A stretch of DNA of 64,000 nt from Chloroflexota bacterium (GTDB lineage Bacteria; Chloroflexota; UBA11872; VXOZ01): the NCBI GenBank assembly GCA_963663275.1, contig OY760183.1, positions 192,001 through 256,000 of the forward strand, in the 5' to 3' direction. Shown here one piece after another: positions 37,088 to 47,861 of the stretch. Within the stretch, counting starts at the first letter, position 1. Every line of letters begins with the position of its first letter. The position numbers were made by a program, and so were the translations under genes. Below the pieces are notes generated by a model. It searched no databases. It saw only the letters and a program-made list of their open reading frames with translations, and was not told the DNA's origin.

Positions 37088-38680
37088 ATGAGCGAGCGGC
37101 CGAATTTCCTCATCATCCTCACCGACCAGATGCGCGGCGACACCATGAGGTGCGCCTGGCGCGACTGGCGAGATGACACGCCGCTGCAAACGCCCAATCT
37201 CGATCGGCTGGCGGCCGGCGGCGCGCTGCTTGAACGCGCTTATGTCAATAATCCTCTCTGCATGCCCTCCCGCTCCACGCTGCTCACCGGCCTCACCCCG
37301 CGCGGGCACAACGTGCGCACCAACGGCATCGACCTGGACCCGGCCTTTCCCACGGTCACCGGCACATTGGCCGATGTCGGCTACCGCACCCACAGCATCG
37401 GCAAGATCCACGTGCGCACGGGCGGCGAGCCCATCGGGGTTGACCCGAAAACGCTCGAGCCGCTGGACTTTCCCGAAACCCGCTGGATGTGGCGCAACCG
37501 CAAGGTCTCGTCGCTGCCCACGCCTTACTACGGGTTCGAAAGCACGGAACTGACCATCGGCCACGGGCCAGGGAACTTCGACAATCACTACCTGTGGCTG
37601 GAGCGCGAGCACCCGGACGTGCTGCCCTTCTGGAACCGCCAGGCGTCCACTCCCGCGGCCAGCGGCGCGGAGCAGTCCTACCGCATCAACGTGCCGCCAG
37701 AGTACCACTACAACACCTGGATCGCCGACCGCTCGATTGCCTATATGAAAGAGGCGGCCGCCCAGCCGCAGCCTTTCATGCTCTGGGCCTCGTTCCCCGA
37801 TCCCCATCATCCGTTTGCCGCGCCGGAGCCGTGGTTTTCCCTGTACGACCGCGATGCGATCCCGCCGGCGACGCGGCGCGAAAACGAACTGGACGACCTG
37901 CCGCCGCACATGCGCCTGAGGTACGAGACCGACCAGTGGACGTCCGGCCGGCGCATGGCCACCAGGATGCCGGATGAACAGATGCGCGAAATTACGGCCA
38001 TCACCTTTGGCATGGTTTCATTCATCGACGAGCAGGTGGGGCGCATACTGGACTCGCTCGACGAACTGGGCCTGGCCGCAAACACCGTTGTCGTCTTTAC
38101 CGCCGACCACGGCGATCTGCTCGGCGACCACTGGCTATTGAACAAAGGGCCCTACCACTTCGACGGCATGCTGAACATCCCCTCGATCTGGCGCTGGCCG
38201 GCGCGCTTCCCGGCGGGCCAGGTCTCCCAGAGCCTGGTCTCGCACCTGGACATCCCGCCGACGCTGCTCGACCTGGCGGGTGTTGAAGCGCCGGAGTACG
38301 GGCCGCCGTTCATGAAAGGCATACCGCAGCCGGAAGCGGAACGGCAGATGGCGGCCTGGCCGGGACGCGCGCTCACGCCGCTGCTCGCCGGCGCGGCGGA
38401 GTCCGTGCAGGACGCCATCATCATCGAGAACGACGAGGACTACATCGGGCTGCGCCTGCGCACGCTGGTCACAGACACCCACCAACTCACGGTCTACGTG
38501 GGCGACGACGGCGAGCAGGAGTACGGCGAACTCTTCGACACCCGGAATGACCCCGGCCAACTCCACAATCTCTGGAGCGATCCCGCCGCGCAAGGCCTGA
38601 AACGCGAACTCAAGGCGCGCCTGATGGCGGAACTCGTCCGCACCGACAACCGGCTGCCTAGAAGGCAAAGCCATGCGTGA
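37088..38680 (+). CDS. Formylglycine-dependent sulfatase
   Basis: RPNFLIILTDQ, CMPSRSTLLTG (CxPxR), GKIH, DPHHP, ADHG. Confidence 0.92.
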   Translation: MSERPNFLIILTDQMRGDTMRCAWRDWRDDTPLQTPNLDRLAAGGALLERAYVNNPLCMPSRSTLLTGLTPRGHNVRTNGIDLDPAFPTVTGTLADVGYRTHSIGKIHVRTGGEPIGVDPKTLEPLDFPETRWMWRNRKVSSLPTPYYGFESTELTIGHGPGNFDNHYLWLEREHPDVLPFWNRQASTPAASGAEQSYRINVPPEYHYNTWIADRSIAYMKEAAAQPQPFMLWASFPDPHHPFAAPEPWFSLYDRDAIPPATRRENELDDLPPHMRLRYETDQWTSGRRMATRMPDEQMREITAITFGMVSFIDEQVGRILDSLDELGLAANTVVVFTADHGDLLGDHWLLNKGPYHFDGMLNIPSIWRWPARFPAGQVSQSLVSHLDIPPTLLDLAGVEAPEYGPPFMKGIPQPEAERQMAAWPGRALTPLLAGAAESVQDAIIIENDEDYIGLRLRTLVTDTHQLTVYVGDDGEQEYGELFDTRNDPGQLHNLWSDPAAQGLKRELKARLMAELVRTDNRLPRRQSHA

Positions 38681-38761
38681 CTCACGCAGTCGGCGCCTTG
38701 CGGGGGATTGCGCGAGTCCGGCGTCATGCGTTACGTTGAAAGGAGACAGGAGACACTGGCC

Positions 38762-38947
38762 ATGGAGAACTACGAGTTCATCCGTTCCTTAGCCGTTGCC
38801 GCCGTGGCAATCGCGGCACTGATATGGCGTTTCGATACACGCCTGGCCGGTGTCGAAACGCGCATTGCCGACTTGTCCCACCGTGTATCCCGCATCGAGG
38901 GGCTACTCGAGAGATACGTTCTCCAGGCTGGCAAGAAGCAAGAGTGA
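38762..38947 (+). CDS. Small hypothetical TM/coiled-coil protein
   Basis: AGGAG SD; hydrophobic N-terminus followed by heptads ending RVSRIEGLL. Confidence 0.6.
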   Translation: MENYEFIRSLAVAAVAIAALIWRFDTRLAGVETRIADLSHRVSRIEGLLERYVLQAGKKQE

Positions 38948-39009
38948 CCCGGCTCCTACAGGGACGGGTCACTTGCCGATAAACCCCTCAGGTATCCCCA
39001 CCGTCTCTC

Positions 39010-39270
39010 ATGAGAAATTTCGTGGCCGTGCTTTTCCCAGAGCGCCTGGCCGTCCTTGTCAAGCGGGCGGTGATCGCGCTGCGCTGCACGTACCCCGAAG
39101 AGAAAGAGACGGCGTACTCGCTGGAATTGAGAATGACCGGCAGAGTGCGCTACGCCGTGCGCCGCGACTTGATCCTGGCCAACGGGTTGAGAACGGTGCT
39201 GTACCAACTGGAGGAATCGACCGAACCCCAGACGTTTAGCAAGGGCGCACAACCGCCGGCGATCCCTTAA
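39010..39270 (+). CDS. Hypothetical protein
   Basis: 86-aa ORF filling the intergenic gap; no recognised motif. Confidence 0.3.
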   Translation: MRNFVAVLFPERLAVLVKRAVIALRCTYPEEKETAYSLELRMTGRVRYAVRRDLILANGLRTVLYQLEESTEPQTFSKGAQPPAIP

Positions 39271-39335
39271 CAAGACAATGACGACTCCCACTTTCAGGGG
39301 AATCGCCATTGTCCGCCGCCGTTGTCCGGTCAATT

Positions 39336-40619
39336 CTATACCCGGTAATACTCCGCCACTTTGGCGAACATCGTCGCCATGTCTTCCACGTCCTCGGCGG
39401 TGTGCTTATCGGTCCAGCCCCAGCGGATGGTGGTATCCACGTGTTCCTTGCCCTGGGGGCACATGGCCGCGCTGTACTCGATGTCCTTGGCAAAAGCGTT
39501 CATGGGGTGGTCCCACGGCCAGCCGGACTTGCCGGCCACGTGGGCCTTCTTCTGCATGAACGTATGGCTGTCGGGCACCAGGTAGTAGGGCGCGGGGCCC
39601 GCGCCGGCACTCAGGCCCTCGGCCTTCAGCGCGTCGGCAAAGTCCCAGATGGAGCAGCGGAACTGGTCCAGGTCCAGGCGGACGTGGTAGAGCCAGTGGA
39701 TGTGGTCGCTGCCGGGGGGTGTATACGGCGGGGTCAGGCCGTCGATCTCAGCGATCAGGGAGTTCAAGTGAGCCGCGCCCTGCCGCCGCCGCTCGTTCTG
39801 CTCCTCCAGCACGCCAAGCTCCGCCAGCCCCAGCGCCGACTCGAACTGGCCGAAGCGCAGGTTCAGGCCGAACGTATCGTGCTTGCGGCCGTAGTTGGGA
39901 TACGACACCGCGCCGCGCGAGAGCGCAAATTGCCGCACGCCGTCGGCAATGTCCTTGTTGTCCGTGGTGATGGCGCCGCCGTGGTCGGCGCTCAGGTGCT
40001 TCTCCGCGTCGAACGAGAACGCGCCCACGTCGCCCAGCGAGCCGGCCTTGCCGCGCACGTTCTGCCCCGTGTAATTCGCCAGCGGCGCCTGGCAGACGTC
40101 CTCCACCAGCGTGATGCCCCTGTCCGCCGCCAGCGCCACGATCTCTTCCATGGGGCAGAGCAGGCCGTAGAAATGCACCGCCACGATGGCCGCCGTGCGC
40201 GGCGAGAGCACTTTCTCGATCGTCTCGGCGGTCACGTTGCCCGTGCGCACGTCCACGTCGGGGAAGATCGGAATCGCCCCCTGCGCCACGATGCCGGCGA
40301 TGGTGCCGAAGTCCGTGATGGGGCTGACGACGATTTCGTCGCCCGGTCCGGCGCCCAAGCCGGCGTACAGCGCGTGCAGCGCCGCCGTGCAGTTGGCGAT
40401 GGCGACGCAGTACTTGGTGCCCGTCGCCGCGGCAAACGCCTCCTCGAAACGGCCGATCATGTTGCTGGCGACGCCGCCGTCCAGCACCTCGCGCACGTTG
40501 TCGTAGGCGCTCTCCGGCACGTAGCGGGGAAAGACTTCCTGCAATGGATTGTCCGCGCTCCGCACCGGCGCGCCTCCATCGATAGCCAAACTGACGTCCG
40601 CGGGACTCTTGATTGCCAT
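39336..40619 (-). CDS. DegT/DnrJ/EryC1/StrS PLP aminotransferase
   Basis: ANCTAALH, VEDVCQA, FSFDAEKHL; AAGGAG SD. Confidence 0.9.
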   Translation of the reverse strand: MAIKSPADVSLAIDGGAPVRSADNPLQEVFPRYVPESAYDNVREVLDGGVASNMIGRFEEAFAAATGTKYCVAIANCTAALHALYAGLGAGPGDEIVVSPITDFGTIAGIVAQGAIPIFPDVDVRTGNVTAETIEKVLSPRTAAIVAVHFYGLLCPMEEIVALAADRGITLVEDVCQAPLANYTGQNVRGKAGSLGDVGAFSFDAEKHLSADHGGAITTDNKDIADGVRQFALSRGAVSYPNYGRKHDTFGLNLRFGQFESALGLAELGVLEEQNERRRQGAAHLNSLIAEIDGLTPPYTPPGSDHIHWLYHVRLDLDQFRCSIWDFADALKAEGLSAGAGPAPYYLVPDSHTFMQKKAHVAGKSGWPWDHPMNAFAKDIEYSAAMCPQGKEHVDTTIRWGWTDKHTAEDVEDMATMFAKVAEYYRV

Positions 40620-40800
40620 ACCACGCTCCTTTCGCGGGTTGTTTACTGGATTATACACCGATAGTTGGCGCGATGTGGATTCCCCCCCCTCTCCCCCAGG
40701 AAAACATCGCGTAACCTCGCTGAGAGGCGAACAGTACCCACTCCCAGGGGTAGAGGGAGCAAACGAAGCCTAGCGCGCGCGTCTTATCCCCTCTCCCTAG

Positions 40801-40946
40801 CTGACAGGGGTAGGCATTCTACATCCGACTTCACGTGTCATTCCGAGCGGAGCGCAGCGGAGAGAGGAATCTAAGGCTTTCGCTGCAAAAACGTCGGTTC
40901 TAGATTCCTCGCTCCGCTCGGAATGACACTTGCCTACCCCTGTCAG
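40801..40946. mobile_element. MITE family A copy (146 bp)
   Basis: Near-identical (reverse complement) to 12069-12214. Confidence 0.88.
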
Positions 40947-41202
40947 CCTCTCGCTGGGGAGAGGGTTAGGGTGAGGGGAGATTATGCGGCGACTCATACC
41001 CAAGTCTTGCGAAATTGGGGAAGACCAACGAGGATTCCCCCTCACCCCGGCCCTCTCCCCAGGGAGAGGGGGCTTTTTGCCTGCCGGCCTTGTTGTGAAT
41101 AGACCTACCCCAGGAGAGGGAATGTCCGTTTGCATTTTGCACGCAGGCGGATTTTGCAAGCCCAAGGGTATTGCGGGCAGGTGAATGCGTCTCGCGCACG
41201 CG

Positions 41203-42195
41203 CTACGCGATTCGCGGAATTGCAACCGGCGCGTCCGCCGCCGCGGCCGCTTTGGCCGTGAGCGCCGCTTGCATCGATTGCAGCGCGCCGTCCGTATCCA
41301 CCAGCGGCTCTTCGCCGGCGGCGGCTTTCAGGGCAAAGTCGGCAAACACGTTTTGCGCGGCCGGCAGCAATTCAACCTGCCCGGCGTGGCCGCTATTGTA
41401 GAGAATCACCTCGCCTTTCGCCGTGATCTCCACCTGGCCGTCCGTGCCCACCACCTTCATGCGGCAGTCCATGCCGCCGAACGACGGATGCGCCAGGCGG
41501 TGGTGCTCCATGATCGCCGTCGCGTTCCCTTCCTGCAGAAAGAAGAGTTGGCCCGCGTTGCGGTAGTAGGGGTCGTCGGGACGGGCGAAGTTGGCCTCCC
41601 GCGCCAGCACGTGCTCGTACTCCAGTCCCGTAATCCAGCGGAGCGCGTCGATGTCGTGGATGAGCAGGTCGGGAATGGGGCCGCCGGAGAGCCGCTCGTC
41701 GAAGAACCACGGCGCGCGGGTCTCGCGCTTTTCCATGGCCGAGCGCAGGCCGTAGCTCTGCACAACGTCACCAATCGCGCCGCCGCGCACGATCTCGCGC
41801 AGCTTGGCGTAGCCTGGGCTGCCGCGCAGGGTGAAGAGTTGCCCCACTTTGCGGTCCGGCTGCTGGCGAGCCAGCGCCGCGACGGCGTCGAGTTCCGCCT
41901 GGGTAATGACCAGGGGCTTGTCCGCCGTGACGTGCAGGCCCGCCCGCAAGGCGTCGATGACGACTCGTCCCTGGTCGGCGGGAATGAGGCAGACCGCCGC
42001 CACGTCCAGTTGCTCCTGGGCGAACATCGCCGCGTGGTCGTCGTAGAGCCGCGCGCCGTACTTCTCCTGTAGTTCTCCGGCGCGCGCGCCCGCCTGCGCC
42101 ACCGCCGCCAGTTCGATGTTATCCGATTCGTCGATGCCCGCGAATACGTGCGGCACGTGCTGTTCCACGCCCACCAAACCTACTCGTGCTGCCAT
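41203..42195 (-). CDS. Gfo/Idh/MocA oxidoreductase
   Basis: HVTADKP, SGGPIPDLLIHDID. Confidence 0.85.
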   Translation of the reverse strand: MAARVGLVGVEQHVPHVFAGIDESDNIELAAVAQAGARAGELQEKYGARLYDDHAAMFAQEQLDVAAVCLIPADQGRVVIDALRAGLHVTADKPLVITQAELDAVAALARQQPDRKVGQLFTLRGSPGYAKLREIVRGGAIGDVVQSYGLRSAMEKRETRAPWFFDERLSGGPIPDLLIHDIDALRWITGLEYEHVLAREANFARPDDPYYRNAGQLFFLQEGNATAIMEHHRLAHPSFGGMDCRMKVVGTDGQVEITAKGEVILYNSGHAGQVELLPAAQNVFADFALKAAAGEEPLVDTDGALQSMQAALTAKAAAAADAPVAIPRIA

Positions 42196-42358
42196 CGGCT
42201 TCGGCTATCCTTTCTGTCCGGGAGACAATTCTCGCTGCCTTGCTCCTCGCGCAACGCGGCAAACCGCGCTCCACGCGGCTAGCCCTGCCAGAGATAGTAC
42301 CGCACCCGCCAATCTCGCGCACGGTCTCCTCTATGGGTTAAAGGCCTCATGACACAAC

Positions 42359-42394
42359 AAAGCAGGCCCGGGTGTGCAACCCGGGCCTGCTTTC
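42359..42394. terminator. Intrinsic terminator downstream of the solute-binding protein gene
   Basis: AAAGCAGGCCCGGGT-GTGCA-ACCCGGGCCTGCTTT. Confidence 0.75.
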
Positions 42395-42431
42395 TCTTCG
42401 CCTCGATGCGGACGAACGCGCCGGCTGCGCG

Positions 42432-43826
42432 TTAGCAGATGCAGCCGCCCTCTTCCAGGGCGACCGTCGCCACCTGCTGCAACTCGTCCTGCACGTCTTG
42501 AACGGTGCGCGCGCCGTCCTCGATGTCCTTCCAGCCCTGGCTCCAGACGCCGTTGACCTCAGACTGCTTCACAATCTGCTTGGCGCCTTCGCTGATCTCC
42601 GCCATCTTGGCGTACACGTCAGCGTCCTCGTAGGGCCACAGGGTCACCGGGCTCTGCTTGCGGCTGGCCGTGTAGCGGCGGCCGCCCAGCCGGGCAATCT
42701 GCTGGTCGGACTCCGGCCCCACGAGAATCTTGTAGAGTTCCCAGGCCAAGTCCGCTTCCGGCGCGGACGAACTGAGGTAGTTCGCGTTGAGCGCCTGGAT
42801 GGTCTTGCGTCCGCCCGGACCCTCGGGCAGCATGGTGTGGCCGATGTTGAAGGGCTTGTCCTTGGTCATGATCTTTTCCTGGAAACTGCGCGTATTGGCG
42901 CCGCTTGCCAGGCGCGCGGCAAGGGTCTCCTCTTCGAAAGACGCCTTGGCGTCGTTCTCACGCGGCGTGCTGATGCGCGGCGAGACCTCGTGCTTGGTGA
43001 CCAGGTCCTGCGCCGCCTGCACCGCGGCCGCGAATTCGGGCGTGTTCATCGTCGCCGCGCTGATGTCGGCGTTCCACCAGTCGGCGCCCCAGGCCTTCAG
43101 GTGATGCCCGAACCAGCCGGTGGAGTGATAGGCGTAGAAGAAGCCCCAACGCGTCGTGTTCTGGCCTTCCTTCTTGGTGAGCTTCTGCGCGAACTCAAGC
43201 GCGGCGTCCCACGTCCACTTGCCTTCCGCCTCCAGTTCGGCCGGCGAGGTAAGGCCGGCTTCGGTCACCTGGTCGGCGTTGTACCAGAACTCTTTGCCCT
43301 GGTTGAACCAGGCAATGCCGTAGATCTGGCCGCCGATCTTCTCCAGCGCGTGATCGTAGAAGTCGCCGCGCGACACGTCGCCGTCCTTCGCGATGAACGG
43401 ATCCAGCGGCTGGATCATCTCCTGCTGGGCAAACTGGCTGATGTAGGAGAAGTGGCCGTAGTACATGTCGATCGGCACGTTGCCCGCGAACGAGGCCACG
43501 GCTTTCTCGATGAGTACCTTAAAACCGCCGGTTACCGGGTCCACTTCCAGGTTCACGTCCGGGAACTTCGCCCGGTAGGCGTCGAAGATCTGGCCGAAGT
43601 TATCCTCCCACACCGCCTGCGTGGTGGTGTAGTGCAGGTAACGCACGGTCTTCGGCTCCGCGGCCTTGGTTTCCTCAGCCGGCTTGGCCTCTTCTTCCTT
43701 CGGCGCCGGGGCTTCGCCCTCAGCCGGCGAGGCAGGCATAGCCTGTCCGCACGCAGCCGCCAGCATGCCCGCGCCAGCTATTAGGCTGCCGCCCAGCAAT
43801 GTTCGTCGCGTTACTTTCGCTTTCAC
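42432..43826 (-). CDS. Carbohydrate-type ABC extracellular solute-binding Tat lipoprotein (orphan)
   Basis: TRRTLL twin-Arg, LAAAC lipobox, WYNAD, WTWD. Confidence 0.85.
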   Translation of the reverse strand: MKAKVTRRTLLGGSLIAGAGMLAAACGQAMPASPAEGEAPAPKEEEAKPAEETKAAEPKTVRYLHYTTTQAVWEDNFGQIFDAYRAKFPDVNLEVDPVTGGFKVLIEKAVASFAGNVPIDMYYGHFSYISQFAQQEMIQPLDPFIAKDGDVSRGDFYDHALEKIGGQIYGIAWFNQGKEFWYNADQVTEAGLTSPAELEAEGKWTWDAALEFAQKLTKKEGQNTTRWGFFYAYHSTGWFGHHLKAWGADWWNADISAATMNTPEFAAAVQAAQDLVTKHEVSPRISTPRENDAKASFEEETLAARLASGANTRSFQEKIMTKDKPFNIGHTMLPEGPGGRKTIQALNANYLSSSAPEADLAWELYKILVGPESDQQIARLGGRRYTASRKQSPVTLWPYEDADVYAKMAEISEGAKQIVKQSEVNGVWSQGWKDIEDGARTVQDVQDELQQVATVALEEGGCIC

Positions 43827-44077
43827 GTTCTCTCCCTCCGTGAATGAAACGATACAAACGTACTTCCTAGTGGTCTCACCACCAATGCATAGTGTGCGCA
43901 CGCGGCGTCTATCTGTCAAGGAAACCGCGCGCGCAGCCCAGCGGCCGGTCATCCCGCTTGCCCGCCAAGCCCGCGACCGCCGTTGGCAGTAGTATACCAC
44001 CGCCGCGCCGGCAGGCAACCCGGCCGCGCTCAGGCCCACATTCGCCGCGTTTGACCGGCAAAGCGGGCGGCCCGGCG

Positions 44078-44839
44078 CTAGCGCGCCGTGAGGCCGCCGT
44101 CTATCACCAGTTCCGTGCCGGTGATGAACTCGGCGGCGTCGGAGGCCAGGTAGAGGGCGGCTTTGGCGACTTCGTCGGGTTGGCCCAGGCGGCCCATGGG
44201 CTGCCGCAGGCGCAGGTTTTCCATGGCGGCCGCCGGGTCGTCCTCGATGGCGAGCAGGCGCTGCACCCAGGGGGTTTCCACGGTGCCGGGGCAGACGCAG
44301 TTCACGCGGATGTTCTCAGCCACGTACTCGATGGCGACCTGCTTGGTGAGGGCGATCACCGCGCCTTTGGACGCGCTGTAGACCGCGCGCTTGGGCAGGC
44401 CGACCTGTCCCGCCACCGACGCGGTGTTCACGATGATGCCGCCGCCCTGGGCCAGCATGTAAGGAACCGCGTACTTGCAGCCCAGCCAGACGCCGCGCAC
44501 GTTCACCGCCATCACCCGGTCCCACTCCTCGGGGGTGACCTCCAGCACGCTGCCCACGTGGCCGATGCCGGCGTTGTTGCAGAGAATATCGATGCTGCCA
44601 AAGGCCTCGACCGTCTCGGCCATCAGGTGTTCCACGGCGTTCGGATCGGTCACGTCGGCGCTGAACGTCCGCATGGGGCGGCCAATTGCTTCCACGTCCG
44701 CCGCGGTCTTGGCGAGGCCCTCCACGTCCACGTCCGCGCCCATGATGCGCGCGCCTTCCCGCGCGAAGAGCGTCGCCATCTCGTACCCGATGCCGGACCC
44801 GGCGCCGGTAATGACCGCTACCTTATCTGCCAGTTTCAT
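44078..44839 (-). CDS. SDR family oxidoreductase
   Basis: TGAGSGIG, NNAG, YSASK, DGG. Confidence 0.93.
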   Translation of the reverse strand: MKLADKVAVITGAGSGIGYEMATLFAREGARIMGADVDVEGLAKTAADVEAIGRPMRTFSADVTDPNAVEHLMAETVEAFGSIDILCNNAGIGHVGSVLEVTPEEWDRVMAVNVRGVWLGCKYAVPYMLAQGGGIIVNTASVAGQVGLPKRAVYSASKGAVIALTKQVAIEYVAENIRVNCVCPGTVETPWVQRLLAIEDDPAAAMENLRLRQPMGRLGQPDEVAKAALYLASDAAEFITGTELVIDGGLTAR

Positions 44840-44903
44840 GGATCACATTTCCCTCTTGGCTGGGTTCATTTACAGTAGATTCGACGGTTTCCCGCGCCTA
44901 GCG

Positions 44904-45043
44904 GAGACCATTGCGTAACTCTGTCATTCCGGCGAAAGCCGGAATCCAGACAGCATTTACACCTCACAATAGCTTGAGGTCAAGCCTTTCCACCCCCATC
45001 CCAACCTTCCCCCTCGATGGGGAAGGGGCTATGCAAAGGTCTC
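44904..45043. mobile_element. MITE family B copy
   Basis: GAGACCATTGCGTAA...ATGCAAAGGTCTC; abuts the EamA stop codon. Confidence 0.8.
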
Positions 45044-45460
45044 CTAGCGGGTGAGGAATACAATCGCCAGCGCGGCGAAGAGGATGCCGAGCGCGCGCAT
45101 CAGCGTCATCTGTTCGCCCAGGAAGAGCACCGCCAGTATCGCCGTCAGCACGGGATAGGTGCCGCTGGCGGGCGTGACGAGCGAGGCGTCGCCCAGGCGC
45201 AGGGCGTTGTAGAACCCGATGACGGCGCTGGCGGTGAACGCGGTCACGACCACGACCAGCGCCCAGACCTGCCAGGTTGGCGTAATCGAAATCGAGTTGG
45301 CGCGCTGCGCCCAGACCAACGGCAAGAGCAGCAGAACGGTGAAGATGCTCCGCACCCACACGAGATACGGCGCGCCAAAGTAGGGCGCGACCATCTTGCC
45401 GAAGAACGACGCCAGTCCCCACGATACGAACGCTACGCCAATCCAAAACCACAGCGCCAT
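45044..45460 (-). CDS. EamA/DMT family membrane protein (single repeat)
   Basis: FYNALRLGDASLVTP, YPVLTAILAVLFLGE. Confidence 0.85.
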   Translation of the reverse strand: MALWFWIGVAFVSWGLASFFGKMVAPYFGAPYLVWVRSIFTVLLLLPLVWAQRANSISITPTWQVWALVVVVTAFTASAVIGFYNALRLGDASLVTPASGTYPVLTAILAVLFLGEQMTLMRALGILFAALAIVFLTR

Positions 45461-46015
45461 AGCCGCTCCTACGTTCTTTGCTGCAACGGTTCCTACTTCG
45501 CGCCGCCGGCAGCCAACCCCTCACTCTAATGCCGTCGCACGAAGTTTCATGGTGAAAGCACAACGTCACACATCCCCGGTAGCGTAGGTTTGCAACCTGC
45601 GCACACGTGGGGTCTCTATGTGGAAACGGATTCCTCATGCGAGACCGCCGGTGATCGCTTTTCGTGCTTCACGCTCCGGCGGGGGACAAGCCCCCGCGCT
45701 ACGTTAGTGCGACAGTACTTCCCCCTCACCCCGGCCGGCCCAGGGAGAGGGAACTCCCTGCCCGCGCGCCCGGCGCGCTTCCTCTGCAACTATAGCAAAC
45801 CTGTCTGTGGGCTGCGGAGTCCGCTCTCCATGCGGCTACCTTTGGTCTGCGCGCTGCGGAAATGGCTCTGCAACGCGGCGACACGTGGCCCGTTCGCTTC
45901 TTCGCTATACTAAGAGCACATTGAGCCGGACCGCACGCTCCGGCGGGCAACACGCTCCGGCGGGCGGCGCGCTGCGGCATAACCCACCCAAGCAGACCTG
46001 GAGGCACGCACACCA

Positions 46016-47110
46016 ATGGACCTTACCGTCGGCGTACTCGGTACCGGGCGCATGGCGCAACTGCACAGCGCGGCATTGCGCTCAATTCAAGAAAAGGGCT
46101 TGACCATCGACGGCGAGCGCCACCACGTCGCCGTCGCCCTCTACGGGCGCGATCCCGCGAAAGTCGCGCCGCTCGCCGCGGCCTGCAATGCCGCCAAGAC
46201 GAGCACCGACCTGGAAAGCTTCATCGACGACCCCGACCTTAGCGCAATCGACAACTGCCTCGTCAACCGCCTGCACTTCCAGCCGCTCTTGCGGGCCATC
46301 CAGAACGGCAAGCACGTCTACACGGACAAGCCGCTGACCAATACCGCCGCGGAAGGCCGCTACCTGCTGCGCGCGGCGCGGCAGGCCGGCGTGCGGCACG
46401 GCATCGTGCAGAACATGCGCTTCCAGGCCGGGCCGGCCAAAGCCAAGGAGATCATCGCCTCCGGCGCGCTGGGCCGCATTCTGCACGCGCGGGGTGTGTT
46501 CGGCTACTTCGTGCCGCAGCGGGTGGAGAACCGGCCGGCGTGGTTCTACCAAAAGGACGAGGCCGGCGGCGGCATCGTGCACGACATGATGGCGCACTTC
46601 TTCGACCTGCTGGGCTGGATGATCGGCCCCATCGAGCGCGTCTCGTGCGACATGACGAACGTCTTTGCGGAGCGCGAGACGCCGGAAGGCGAGCGTTTTC
46701 GCTCGGAAGTCGAAGACGCGGCCACGGTGCAGATGCGCTTCGCGAACGGCGCGTTGGGCGACGTGTTCGTCTCCTGGGCGCGGCGCAAGCACGAAGAGGT
46801 GCCGTTCTTCGAGATCGACGGCGAGGACGGCAGCTTGATCTTCAGCTTCAACGCCATGCGCCAGCAACTCCAGGCCGACACCCCCGGCTTTCGCTACGAT
46901 CCGACCCAACTCCAGGCCGACCCCATGACTGGCTGGGAACCGGTGGCCCTGGAAGGCGGCGACCCGTTTGAAATCCAACTGCGGGCATTCCTGGAAGCCA
47001 TCGTCACCGGCGCGCCCGCCAAGCCCGACTGGGAAGACGGCGTGCGTGCGTTGGAACTGGTGGAAGCGGCGTACGAGTCCGTGGAACATGGCAGAGCGGT
47101 GCGCGTGTGA
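46016..47110 (+). CDS. Gfo/Idh/MocA oxidoreductase
   Basis: GVLGTG, GKHVYTDKP, GGGIVHDMMAH. Confidence 0.88.
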   Translation: MDLTVGVLGTGRMAQLHSAALRSIQEKGLTIDGERHHVAVALYGRDPAKVAPLAAACNAAKTSTDLESFIDDPDLSAIDNCLVNRLHFQPLLRAIQNGKHVYTDKPLTNTAAEGRYLLRAARQAGVRHGIVQNMRFQAGPAKAKEIIASGALGRILHARGVFGYFVPQRVENRPAWFYQKDEAGGGIVHDMMAHFFDLLGWMIGPIERVSCDMTNVFAERETPEGERFRSEVEDAATVQMRFANGALGDVFVSWARRKHEEVPFFEIDGEDGSLIFSFNAMRQQLQADTPGFRYDPTQLQADPMTGWEPVALEGGDPFEIQLRAFLEAIVTGAPAKPDWEDGVRALELVEAAYESVEHGRAVRV

Positions 47111-47191
47111 GCGCTCTTGTCAGAGTAGCGAGCCAATGACCCTGCAAGAGGCGCCTTGCATTCAATGTATCCTGTGGCCTACAATATGGTG

Positions 47192-47482
47192 ATGGTCGAG
47201 GTTCGCCAAACCGAAGTCTATGCCCGCTGGTTCAGACGGCTTAGGGACGGGCAAGCCAGAGTGAGAATCGACAGCCGCATCCGGCGGCTGTCCCTGGGTA
47301 ACCCCGGCGACGTTAGGCCGGTGGGAGAGGGAGTGTCGGAGATTCGGATCGACTACGGACCCGGCTACCGGGTGTACTTTGTGCAGAGAGGTGAGGCACT
47401 GGTCGTCCTTCTGGCCGGAGGCGACAAGAAAAGCCAAGTACGGGACATACGTAGGGCGCTGGCACTCGCCAGAGGACTCTAG
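47192..47482 (+). CDS. RelE/ParE-like addiction module toxin (HI1419 type)
   Basis: GNPGDVRPVGEGVSEIRIDYGPGYRVYF, LLAGGDK. Confidence 0.92.
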   Translation: MVEVRQTEVYARWFRRLRDGQARVRIDSRIRRLSLGNPGDVRPVGEGVSEIRIDYGPGYRVYFVQRGEALVVLLAGGDKKSQVRDIRRALALARGL

Positions 47483-47491
47483 GAGGCAGCT

Positions 47492-47797
47492 ATGGCAAAG
47501 ACGCAGACAAGGCCGTGGGACCCGGCAGAGCATCTGGAGACCAAGGAGGACATGGCGGCATATCTGAACGCCGCGCTGGAAGACGGTGACCTGAGCCTGA
47601 TCATGGCGGCCCTTGGAGACATTGCCCGCGCCCAGCGCATGGCGGTAGTGGCACAGGAATCGGGACTGGGCAGGGAGAGCCTGTACAAGTCTCTTTCAGC
47701 CAACGGCAACCCGGAGTTCGCCACCGTGCTGAAGGTGGTGCGCGCTCTGGGACTCAGACTTCAAGCCGCAGTTGGGCCTGTTGCGATCGGCGAGTAA
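47492..47797 (+). CDS. Addiction module antidote (HI1420-type HTH)
   Basis: WDPAEHL, ALGDIARA, GLGRESLYKSLSANGNPEFAT. Confidence 0.92.
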   Translation: MAKTQTRPWDPAEHLETKEDMAAYLNAALEDGDLSLIMAALGDIARAQRMAVVAQESGLGRESLYKSLSANGNPEFATVLKVVRALGLRLQAAVGPVAIGE

Positions 47798-47861
47798 GCG
47801 ACGCAATTTGGATAACACCTAGCTAACCAACGCAGAAATCCAGCGACCGCAAGGAGACGCC